In this document: positions 17,319 through 25,422 of the stretch, piece by piece | Position numbering within the stretch: the stretch's first letter is position 1 | Layout: each line of letters starts with the position of its first letter | Origin: a bacterium | GTDB lineage: Bacteria; Krumholzibacteriota; Krumholzibacteriia; LZORAL124-64-63 | Assembly (NCBI GenBank): GCA_020049465.1 | Contig: JAIFKS010000010.1 | Location: 8,498-72,497 of the forward strand | Reading direction: 5' to 3' | Length of the DNA: 64,000 nucleotides | Notes under the pieces: model-generated | Database searches by the model: none | Seen by the model: only the letters and a program-made list of their open reading frames with translations | What the model was told of the DNA's origin: nothing | Program-made: the position numbers and the translations under genes

Positions 17319-20300
17319 ATGCGGAAACACACCATTCCGGGGCGAGGGCGGCCAATGCTGTTCGCTCTGGCGCTCGTCCTGTCGGTCTGGACGGCCGCGC
17401 CCGCCCGCGCCGACCTGGGTCCCAATGTCCGGATGCGCTTGACGGCGCCGGAAGGCGTCCTTCCCGAGACCGGTCAGACTTTCAGCTTCGACCTCGAGAT
17501 CACCAGCGCCGTCGCGACCGACGTCTCGACGCCGACCTTGCGCACGGGTCGCACCGCGGCGGGCTTCACGGCCTGGGAGAAGCTCAGCTTCCCGGTTCCC
17601 GCCGTTTTCAGGCTCGAGGCCATGCAACCGCAGACGTTTCCGGTCGAACTGCTGTGCAATGACCCGACACAGCCGATCGAGATCGAACTGCAGGTCGGCA
17701 GCCGTACCACGATGCAGCGCTTCTACCTGCTGCCGCAGAGCCTGAACTCGGCCATGAGCGGCGACGAGACGTCCATGGTCGCCGGCACCGACAAGGCGGC
17801 GCCGACGGCCCCCGACGACCGCTTCTCCCGGCCCGAACCGGCGCCGGTCACGCGCGCCAACGTGCGCGACAAGCGCCTGCCCGCCGGCACCAAGACGGCC
17901 ACCGGCCGCAGCATCCGCGTGCATGGACGCTTCGTCTACTACCGCAACGCGTACGACGAGAACGGGAACTACGTGGGCGACGGCCGCACCATGGGCGCCG
18001 ACGGCGTGACCGTGAACGTCTACGATTCCGACTGGGAATGGGACGACCTGCTGGCGCAGACCAGCCTGGGACCGGACGGCAATTTCGACATCACGTTCTA
18101 TTACGACGACGCCGAGGACCCCGACATCTACATCGAGTTCGTCGGCGCCAACGCGAAGGTCGACCTTGTCCACCCGAGCATCTGGAACATCTCCTACTCG
18201 TGGTCGACGCCCGCGAAAGAGGACTTCACCGGCTCGACGATCAACTGGGGACTGCGACACCCCTCGTCCGGAACCCACTATGCCGGCCTGAACCTGCTCG
18301 CCTCCGCCACACGCTCCTGGCGCTGGCTCGACGCGAACAACTACGGCGGCATCGACAACGTGCTCATCTCGTGGCCCGACTCCGACTGGCCGAACTACAA
18401 GTCGGACTGGGAAACGATCTATATTCCGTCGTTCAAGCAGTGGTATGAGGGCACCGTCTGCCACGAGTACGGCCATCACTGGATGGATGAATTCAGCGAG
18501 AACAACGGCTCCGACTACTGCAATACCGGCGGTCGCTGCGATGATTCCAACGACTGCCGCCATTGCATATGGTGCCAGGAGACGGCCGGCGACGCCATGA
18601 GCGAGGGCTTTCCCGACTGGATGTCGGCGGCCACGACCGCGGAGTGGCCCTCGCAATACGGATTCTCGGCGCTCCTGGGTTACGACTTCGAGACCCTGCA
18701 GCACTGCACCGACGGGAATCTCGACCAGTACGACGATGCGGACCTGACCGAAGGCATGCTCGCGGCCTTCCTGCAGGACCTGGTCGACGACAACAACGAA
18801 ACGGACGAAGGGGCCCTGACGGGCGGCCAGGATACCGTCAACTGGTCGGCGCAGCGCATCCTGTCCACGCAGGGCATCGAGGACGCCCTGTCCCCGCGGT
18901 CGCTGATAGCGGCGCTGCGATCGCGCTATCCGGAATCGGAAGCGGCGATCTGGATGGCGGCGGCCAATGCGAGGTACAAGGATCTGGACAACACGCCGCC
19001 GTCGGCCCTGACCGGGTTGATTTCGCTCTCGCACAGCACGAGCGGATCGTCGCCCGACGGCACCGTCGAACTCAGGTGGAATGCCGCCACGGACAACTAC
19101 TCAGGCATCGCCGGTTACAGTGTCCGGGTGGGCAGCGCCAGCGGACTGATCCCGAACACGGACGTCGTGACCACCGCCACGTCCTGGACCTCGGACGATC
19201 TGCCGCCGGGAACGTACTGGTTCACCGTGCGCGCGGTCGACCGCGACGGCCAGGGCGGCACCCACGCCTCCTTCGGCCCCGTGACCATCCGCACCTGGAC
19301 CGCGGCGAACCTCGAGGCCATCGCCGGCTCCTGGCCGTATCCGGTCGTGCCGCGCCTCAGCAACGACGCGACGAGCGCATCGGCTCCGCTGTCGTCGGTC
19401 CTGGTCGGCAACGGCACCACCTATTTCAACTACCGCATCGGCAATTCGGGGGAACTCGCGACCCCGTCGATCCTGCGCTTCCACTTCCTGGTCGATGGCG
19501 CCCTGTCCTGGTATACCAACATCTACCCGCTGGACGGCTACCACGACCTGGTCCTGCTCAACGTGAATGCCGGCGACGTGAGAGGCGGTCGACATGCCGT
19601 GAAGATCTGGGCCGACGCCTACGAACAACTGGCGGAAGTCGACGAGACGGACAACATCTTCTCGCGCCAGTTCATCTGGTATCCGCTGACGCTGTACACG
19701 GACGGCACGTGGGTGACGCGCCAGCGCCCTTCCGACGCCTGGGGCGGCTTCACCAAGGGGCTCTTCTCGTCCCCGAACTCCGACGGTTTCGCCTATGGGT
19801 TGAATGCGGACCCGTTCGCGGGCGCGGTCATGGTCGCCGACGACGACGCGTCCGACTTCGACCTCCACCTGCACACCCACACGACCGGCCCGACGAGCGG
19901 CTTCAGCCTGTTCGACAAACAGGCCTCATCTTCGCGTCCGGCCGGGTGCGTGGAAGCCGTCTTCTCCAACAACAGCCAGACCACGGAAACCGTCATGGAC
20001 GTCGGCGTGGTCAACTACGCCTTCGACGGCTACGGGTTCAAGATCCGCCGGCTGTTCAGCACGTCGTTGCCCGTCAACATCGACGTGCAGCTGGTGTTGA
20101 GCCCGGTCGAACCCTTGTCCCTGCGCCACTTCACGCTTCCGGGCGGCAGCGGCACCAACTACGGCCAGGTCACGCTCCAGGTGGATCCCGCGGTCGGTCC
20201 CGTCCGCATGAAGGTCCTGCCCGCGGCCACCGGACACGTCGCCCTCGACGATGCCGCCAATGTCGCGGTGACCGACTCCGACGGCTTCGCCAAGGTCCTG

Positions 20301-21851
20301 TTCACCTATACGGGCACCACGCAGGGCCTGGTCGTGTGGCAGGATCCGCGCGACATTCCCGCCGGCGGCAACGGGCACTTCGGCCTGAGGGTTCGCGCCG
20401 GCATCGCCCCGGCCGATTTCGTGCCCCTGGAAACGGCCGGCTGGTACGCACCGCTGGTCCCGACCAACGGGGCGCCGGGCACGGCAGCTTCCACGCCACT
20501 GCCGGCCACGCTGGTCGGCAACACTGCCAGCACCTACGTCAACGTGCAGTTCAGGAACAACGGAGCCGCCACGGCCGGGGCCTTCGACAGCATGACCTAC
20601 CTGGACGGAGCCGTGTTCGTGGGTGAACAGCTGGCCGGCCTGGCTGGCCAGACCGACCGTGTCCGCAACTTCCCATACGTGCGGATCGTCCGCGGCGGAC
20701 GGCACACGCTGTCGATGCTGCCGGACGCGACCAACGCGATCTCCGAAGGCGACGAACTGAACAACGCCCTGGGGCGCCAGTACGTCTGGTCGCCGCTGGC
20801 CCTGGCCGCCGGTACCGTGCTCGAACGCGCCGCGCCGCCCGATCCCGTCGGCGGCTTCGCGGCGGTGCTGGCCAGCAGCGTCGAACCGGCCTGGTTCAAT
20901 TGCGACGGATTCCGCACGCCGCTGCCGGCGCCGTCCGGCGACACGGGACACTGGCTGGCGGTCGCGACCCTTCCCGGCGCCGCCAGCGATGTCGACGTTC
21001 GCCTTCACGAACGCATCAATTCCGTGTACCAGGGCTTCACGGTGCCGATCGCCGCATCGGCCTGGGGTCCCGCTGAATCGGACTACGTGCTCGTGAACTT
21101 CCGCTCCACCTCGCCGCGCCAGTTCGATATCGGCGTCGTCGGCAGCGGCGGCTCCGAAGGCTATCGGAACCAGACGGTGGCGTCGTCCTGGCTGGGCAAC
21201 AGTCCCGTGGGCAGTCGCGGCCCGTTCAGCCTGGCCGCCAGCGGCATCGTGGCCCTGCACGAGGTCTGGCTGCCGGCCGGACCGCTGACCATCGAACTGC
21301 ACGATCTCGGCGGCGACGGCGTCGACTGGGGGCTCACCCTTCATCGGGGACAGATCCCCTTCCACGGCAAGTCCGAAACGTCCGGCATCGTGGGTCAGGC
21401 GTGGGTCGGCGGGCCGGGCACCGGCGAGTCGATGCCGGTCGAGGTCCCGCAGGCGGGCTACTACTGCCTCGCGGTCTGGAAATCCGGCGCGGCCGATGCC
21501 GCCAAGGCCGGGCAGTACGAACTGCGCTTCGACGGCTTCCTGTCCGGGGCCATCGACGACGCCGTGTTGCCGACAAGAACGACGGTCCACGAGATCACGC
21601 CCAACCCGTTCAATCCCAGCACGAAGATCGTGTTCGACCTGGCCGCCGCCGGCCAGGTGCAACTCGAGGTATTCGATGTACGAGGTCGCCTCATCAGGCG
21701 CCTCGTGTCCGCAGCCATGGGTACGGGCAGGCATGAGGTCGTGTGGGACGGACGCGACGACACCGGCGTCGCCGCCGCCAGCGGCACCTACGTCGCGCGG
21801 CTGCGGGCGGCCGAGGCCTCGGTCAGCCGCAAGATGCAGTTGCTGAAGTAG
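17319..21851 (+). CDS. Giant secreted multidomain zinc-metallopeptidase-like protein (HExxH + Cys-rich segment, FN3, CARDB-like and PPC-like domains) with C-terminal T9SS-type/FlgD-Ig-like domain (paralog A)
   Basis: Start ATG 17319 (AAAGGGA SD) with signal peptide MRKHTIPGRGRPMLFALALVLSVWTAAPARA. Motif VCHEYGHHWMDEFSENNGSDYCNTGGRCDDSNDCRHCIWCQETAGDAMSEGFPDWM. FN3-like (PGTYWFTVRAVDRDGQ), CARDB-like (EVDETDNIFSRQFIW; EGDELNNALGRQYVW), PPC-like (YYCLAVWKSG...YELRFD). C-terminus NPFNPSTKIVFDL...LEVFDVRGRLIRRLV...HEVVWDGRDDTGVAAASGTYVARL...KMQLLK. Confidence 0.8.
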   Translation: MRKHTIPGRGRPMLFALALVLSVWTAAPARADLGPNVRMRLTAPEGVLPETGQTFSFDLEITSAVATDVSTPTLRTGRTAAGFTAWEKLSFPVPAVFRLEAMQPQTFPVELLCNDPTQPIEIELQVGSRTTMQRFYLLPQSLNSAMSGDETSMVAGTDKAAPTAPDDRFSRPEPAPVTRANVRDKRLPAGTKTATGRSIRVHGRFVYYRNAYDENGNYVGDGRTMGADGVTVNVYDSDWEWDDLLAQTSLGPDGNFDITFYYDDAEDPDIYIEFVGANAKVDLVHPSIWNISYSWSTPAKEDFTGSTINWGLRHPSSGTHYAGLNLLASATRSWRWLDANNYGGIDNVLISWPDSDWPNYKSDWETIYIPSFKQWYEGTVCHEYGHHWMDEFSENNGSDYCNTGGRCDDSNDCRHCIWCQETAGDAMSEGFPDWMSAATTAEWPSQYGFSALLGYDFETLQHCTDGNLDQYDDADLTEGMLAAFLQDLVDDNNETDEGALTGGQDTVNWSAQRILSTQGIEDALSPRSLIAALRSRYPESEAAIWMAAANARYKDLDNTPPSALTGLISLSHSTSGSSPDGTVELRWNAATDNYSGIAGYSVRVGSASGLIPNTDVVTTATSWTSDDLPPGTYWFTVRAVDRDGQGGTHASFGPVTIRTWTAANLEAIAGSWPYPVVPRLSNDATSASAPLSSVLVGNGTTYFNYRIGNSGELATPSILRFHFLVDGALSWYTNIYPLDGYHDLVLLNVNAGDVRGGRHAVKIWADAYEQLAEVDETDNIFSRQFIWYPLTLYTDGTWVTRQRPSDAWGGFTKGLFSSPNSDGFAYGLNADPFAGAVMVADDDASDFDLHLHTHTTGPTSGFSLFDKQASSSRPAGCVEAVFSNNSQTTETVMDVGVVNYAFDGYGFKIRRLFSTSLPVNIDVQLVLSPVEPLSLRHFTLPGGSGTNYGQVTLQVDPAVGPVRMKVLPAATGHVALDDAANVAVTDSDGFAKVLFTYTGTTQGLVVWQDPRDIPAGGNGHFGLRVRAGIAPADFVPLETAGWYAPLVPTNGAPGTAASTPLPATLVGNTASTYVNVQFRNNGAATAGAFDSMTYLDGAVFVGEQLAGLAGQTDRVRNFPYVRIVRGGRHTLSMLPDATNAISEGDELNNALGRQYVWSPLALAAGTVLERAAPPDPVGGFAAVLASSVEPAWFNCDGFRTPLPAPSGDTGHWLAVATLPGAASDVDVRLHERINSVYQGFTVPIAASAWGPAESDYVLVNFRSTSPRQFDIGVVGSGGSEGYRNQTVASSWLGNSPVGSRGPFSLAASGIVALHEVWLPAGPLTIELHDLGGDGVDWGLTLHRGQIPFHGKSETSGIVGQAWVGGPGTGESMPVEVPQAGYYCLAVWKSGAADAAKAGQYELRFDGFLSGAIDDAVLPTRTTVHEITPNPFNPSTKIVFDLAAAGQVQLEVFDVRGRLIRRLVSAAMGTGRHEVVWDGRDDTGVAAASGTYVARLRAAEASVSRKMQLLK

Positions 21852-21988
21852 GGACCGCATACGGGCGACGGCGACCAACGGGGACGTCGTCGGCGGTGGC
21901 CCGTGGACAGCGCGCCGGTTCGGGACCTCCCGGACCGGCGCGTTCGTCCATCCCGATGGCAGTGCCTGGATACGGAAGATCGTTTGGA

Positions 21989-22026
21989 CAATAGCCGACA
22001 ACCCGGCATTCGCTATTGGAGAATAG
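21989..22026. promoter_or_regulatory. Dyad-symmetry element upstream of the metal-efflux locus (CAATAGC-N16-GCTATTG overlapping CTATT-N4-AATAG)
   Basis: Read directly in the 309-bp intergenic region before the gene at 22161. Candidate operator, but no cognate regulator gene in the window. Confidence 0.25.
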
Positions 22027-22160
22027 TCTACAACCAAGGCCAACCCGCAGTGGCCTCGGCAGGTCCAGGTCGTTGTCCGGAGTACACATGAGGTTCGGGG
22101 CGTGCGAATTGCTGATCGTGATCGCATCGAATTCCGATCCGGTCCGTTCAAGGAGACGCC

Positions 22161-22736
22161 ATGTCACCCACGTCCGCCCGCCTGCCGCGCCCGGCCCCGG
22201 GACTTTGCGTACTACTGGCCATCGCCTCGCTGGCCGTCTGGCCGGCAGCCGCCCAGTCCTCCACGGCGCTGATCGCCCCGCTGCACGGCGGTGTGGTCAC
22301 CGAAACCGAATCCCACATCTTCGAAACGGTGATCGCCCGTGACGGCGTACATGTCTGGTTCTTCACCGACGAAAGCGCACCGGCGATGATCGGTCGCGCG
22401 ACCGGTACCGCGTCCCTGAAGCTGCCGAACGGCCAGGTACGTGAAGCGGCGCTGACTCTGCGCGCGCCCGCAACCGACGGCGCGGGCGTGTTCTTCTGCC
22501 CGATGCACGCCGAGGTCGTCCAGAAGACTCCCGGCGAATGCGAGCCGTGCGGCGGCATGATCCTGTTCCATCAGGACGAGCTGTTCGGCGCCGTCGACCT
22601 GTCCGGACGGGACCTCGCCGCGGTCACGGCACAGATCCGCTTGAGCGGCCTCAAGGGCCGCCAGAAGGAAGCGACTTTTTCACCGGCCTTCCCCCTGCCC
22701 GACGTGAAGGCCGCTCCGCAGACCCCGGGCAAGTAG
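22161..22736 (+). CDS. Small periplasmic protein with heavy-metal-binding domain (CPMHxE...CxxCGM motif)
   Basis: Signal peptide MSPTSARLPRPAPGLCVLLAIASLAVWPAAAQ, then FFCPMHAEVVQKTPGECEPCGGMIL. The same motif recurs at the N-terminus of the downstream membrane-fusion protein. Confidence 0.65.
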   Translation: MSPTSARLPRPAPGLCVLLAIASLAVWPAAAQSSTALIAPLHGGVVTETESHIFETVIARDGVHVWFFTDESAPAMIGRATGTASLKLPNGQVREAALTLRAPATDGAGVFFCPMHAEVVQKTPGECEPCGGMILFHQDELFGAVDLSGRDLAAVTAQIRLSGLKGRQKEATFSPAFPLPDVKAAPQTPGK

Positions 22737-22753
22737 CCGGACCCGCATCGGCG

Positions 22754-24028
22754 GTGCTCGCGCCTGGAGACCCGCTGGTCTCCGGTCTCGCCGCGTTCGC
22801 AGCGACCGACACGACAGGATCCGCCGTGCGGACGCGGCTTGCCGCGACCAGCCTGGACACCCTGGTCGCCATTGCGCTGCGCCGGTCGCCACGGCTTCAG
22901 GAACGTACGGCCGCCATCGAGGCGGCCCGCGAAGAGATCGCCGCCGCCGGCGCCCTGCCCGATCCGATGATCGGCCTGAGTGCCAACGGCGAGAACTATC
23001 CCGGCGCCGGGCTGGGCGAAGACCCGATGACCATGACCGCCCTCGAGTTCTCGCAGTCGATTCCCTGGCCGGGCAAACGGTCGCGGCGCGAAGCGGTCGC
23101 CGCGGCGCGCGTGCCCGAAATGCAGGCCGCAAAGGAGGGTGCCCGCCGCGCCGTGGCCGCCGGGGTTCGCGAGGCCTGGGCCGAACTCTATGCTTCGGGC
23201 CAGGCTGTCGCAGCGCTTCGGCGAACACTGGTGCTGTTCGACGTGCTGGAGCCGCAGGCCCTGATCCGCTACGAGACGGGGATCGGCGCCCAGACCGATT
23301 GGCTGGCGCTGCGCCGCGGGCGCATCAGGCTCACTTCCGCGATTGACCGTGAACTCGCCGACCGGATCGGCATCGAAGCCCGGCTGGCGGCCGCGCTGGA
23401 CGACACCGCGGCCCTGGCCGCCATCGAGGCCGATGCGCTGCCGGACGAACCCGAGGCGGCACTCGCCCCGGTGGCCGGAGCAGCTTTCGCCGAGGTCGCG
23501 GTGGCCCAGGCCGGTGTCGAGACCGCGCGCCGGAGGCACGACGCCGCGCGCCTGGAAGGCCGCCCCAACCTGGTCGTGGGCGCCGAATACGGCTGGCGCG
23601 ACGAACTCGCGCCGATGATCACCGCGCGCGTGGGCGTCGAACTCCCGCTGTGGCGCGGTCGAAAGCAGGACGCGGTGGCGCGCGCCGCCGCGCACGGTGA
23701 AGCCGGGGCCCTCGCCGCGGTCCGCGAAGCCCGGCTGCAGGCGGACGCCGAGGTACGGACCCTGAGCGCGAAGCGTGACGCCGCGGAACGTTCCGCGGAA
23801 AGGCTGCGCGCGCAGATCCTGCCCCTGCTGGACCTGACCGCCGAGAGCGCGCGCGTGCGCTATCTGGCCGGGGACGCGCCCGCCGACCTGCTCATCGATG
23901 CGCTTGTCGACCGGGCCGACGCTCGCGCCGAACTGGCTCGCGAAGAAGCTGCCCGATATGCCGCCGGATCGCGCCTGCGCGCCCTGGCCGGCCTGGACCC
24001 TGTGGCCGGAGACGGAAGGGAACCCTGA
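22754..24028 (+). CDS. TolC-family outer-membrane efflux protein (CusC/CzcC-like); start uncertain
   Basis: SLDTLVAIALRRSPRLQERTAAIEAAREEIAAAGALPDPMIGL... is a typical OMF N-terminus, with paired coiled-coil/beta-barrel repeats. The track start 22538 would overlap the upstream gene by 200 bp; GTG 22754 gives a ~424-aa product but with a weak signal peptide. Confidence 0.65.
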   Translation: MLAPGDPLVSGLAAFAATDTTGSAVRTRLAATSLDTLVAIALRRSPRLQERTAAIEAAREEIAAAGALPDPMIGLSANGENYPGAGLGEDPMTMTALEFSQSIPWPGKRSRREAVAAARVPEMQAAKEGARRAVAAGVREAWAELYASGQAVAALRRTLVLFDVLEPQALIRYETGIGAQTDWLALRRGRIRLTSAIDRELADRIGIEARLAAALDDTAALAAIEADALPDEPEAALAPVAGAAFAEVAVAQAGVETARRRHDAARLEGRPNLVVGAEYGWRDELAPMITARVGVELPLWRGRKQDAVARAAAHGEAGALAAVREARLQADAEVRTLSAKRDAAERSAERLRAQILPLLDLTAESARVRYLAGDAPADLLIDALVDRADARAELAREEAARYAAGSRLRALAGLDPVAGDGREP

Positions 24029-25422
24029 TGCGCGGTGTCATGAGATTCCGGGACGCAGCGCCCCTGAAGCGGACCTTGGCTTTGACCACGACGCTGACCT
24101 TGTCGCTCGCCTTCGCCCTGCTCGCGACCTTGGGCGGCTGTGGTGGAGGCGGCGGCGAATCGGTCGACAGCGGGCACAGCCACCACGCCGGAAGCGGTGA
24201 AGCGGCGGCCACCCCCACGGCCGCCCGGTGGCTGTGCCCCATGCATCCGACCTACACCTCGGACCATCAGGGTTCGTGCCCCATCTGCGGCATGGACCTG
24301 GTCGCGGCCACGGCGTTCGCCGCCGGCCAGGCGGGGGCCGCCGGCGGACTGCCGGGTCTGGCCGCGCTGGAACTCGACGACCGTTCAGTGCGACTGGCCG
24401 GCGTCCGCACGCAGGCGGCGGAGATCCGGCCGCTGCGCCGCGAGATCCGCGCGCTGGGCACCGTCGGCGCGGACGAGACCCGGCGGCACAGCGTACAGGC
24501 GCGCATCTCCGGCTGGATCGAAACCATGGCGGTGTCCGCCGTCGGCGACCGCGTCACGCGCGGCGGACCGCTCCTGACGATCTACGCGCCCGAACTGGTC
24601 GCCACGCAGGAGGAGTTGCTGCGCGCCCGCGCCTTGAGCACCGCCGCCGGCGACGACGACACCCGCTCCGGCGCCGCGGCGCTGGCCGATGCGGCCCGAC
24701 GCCGCCTGCGCCTGCTGGGCGTGGCGGATGACTTCATCACCAGGCTCGAGCAGACCGGAGAAGTCACGCGCACGGTGCCGCTCAGGTCGCCGGCCTCCGG
24801 CGTGGTCACCCTGCGCGAAGCCTATCCCGGCATGGCCGTCGAACCGGGCATGGAGCTTCTGCAGGTGGCCGACCTGTCGGCCGTGTGGCTGGACGTCCGG
24901 TTCTACGAGTACGAGGCACGGCATGTCGTGGCGGGCCAGACCGTCACCGTGCGCCTGCCCCACGACCCGGGCGTGACCCTGTCCGGGGTCATCGACTATG
25001 TCTACCCGACGCTCGACGAGGCCACGCGCACACTGCCGGCGCGCGTCGTGCTCGGCAACGATTTCGGACAGCTGCGTCCCGGCATGTATGCCGACGTCGT
25101 GCTCGAGGTCGATCTGGGCGAGGCCCTGGTCATCCCCGACGACGCGATCCTGGACACCGGACTGCGAAGCGTGGTCTTCGTCGCCACGGGCGAAGGCCGC
25201 TTCGTCCCCCGCGAGGTGACTGTCGGCGACCGCGCCGGCGGCCTGGCGCAGATCCTCGAAGGCCTGGACGCCGGCGAACAGGTGGTCGTCAAGGCGACGT
25301 TCCTGCTGGACAGCGAATCGCGCATCCGCGCGGCGCTGATGCCGCCGCCGGGCGCGCCGGCGGCCGGCGGGCACGAGAGCGGCCAGATGAGCGATCACGG
25401 CACGACGGAGGCGCACCAGTGA
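24028..25422 (+). CDS. Periplasmic adaptor / membrane-fusion protein of an HME-RND pump (CusB/CzcB-like) with N-terminal heavy-metal-binding domain
   Basis: Lipobox-like LLATLGGCGGG, then HMBD WLCPMHPTYTSDHQGSCPICGMDL, then HlyD-type beta-barrel/lipoyl segments. Start overlaps the upstream stop (TGATG). Confidence 0.85.
   Translation: MRGVMRFRDAAPLKRTLALTTTLTLSLAFALLATLGGCGGGGGESVDSGHSHHAGSGEAAATPTAARWLCPMHPTYTSDHQGSCPICGMDLVAATAFAAGQAGAAGGLPGLAALELDDRSVRLAGVRTQAAEIRPLRREIRALGTVGADETRRHSVQARISGWIETMAVSAVGDRVTRGGPLLTIYAPELVATQEELLRARALSTAAGDDDTRSGAAALADAARRRLRLLGVADDFITRLEQTGEVTRTVPLRSPASGVVTLREAYPGMAVEPGMELLQVADLSAVWLDVRFYEYEARHVVAGQTVTVRLPHDPGVTLSGVIDYVYPTLDEATRTLPARVVLGNDFGQLRPGMYADVVLEVDLGEALVIPDDAILDTGLRSVVFVATGEGRFVPREVTVGDRAGGLAQILEGLDAGEQVVVKATFLLDSESRIRAALMPPPGAPAAGGHESGQMSDHGTTEAHQ

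Noticed and set aside
17130-22151. Long ORFs overlapping the giant gene A on both strands (17130..19034 -, 18563..20626 +, 19926..22151 -)
   Set aside because: All are Arg/Gly/His-rich with no motifs and are antisense or out-of-frame to a protein with clear HExxH, FN3, CARDB and CTD signatures.
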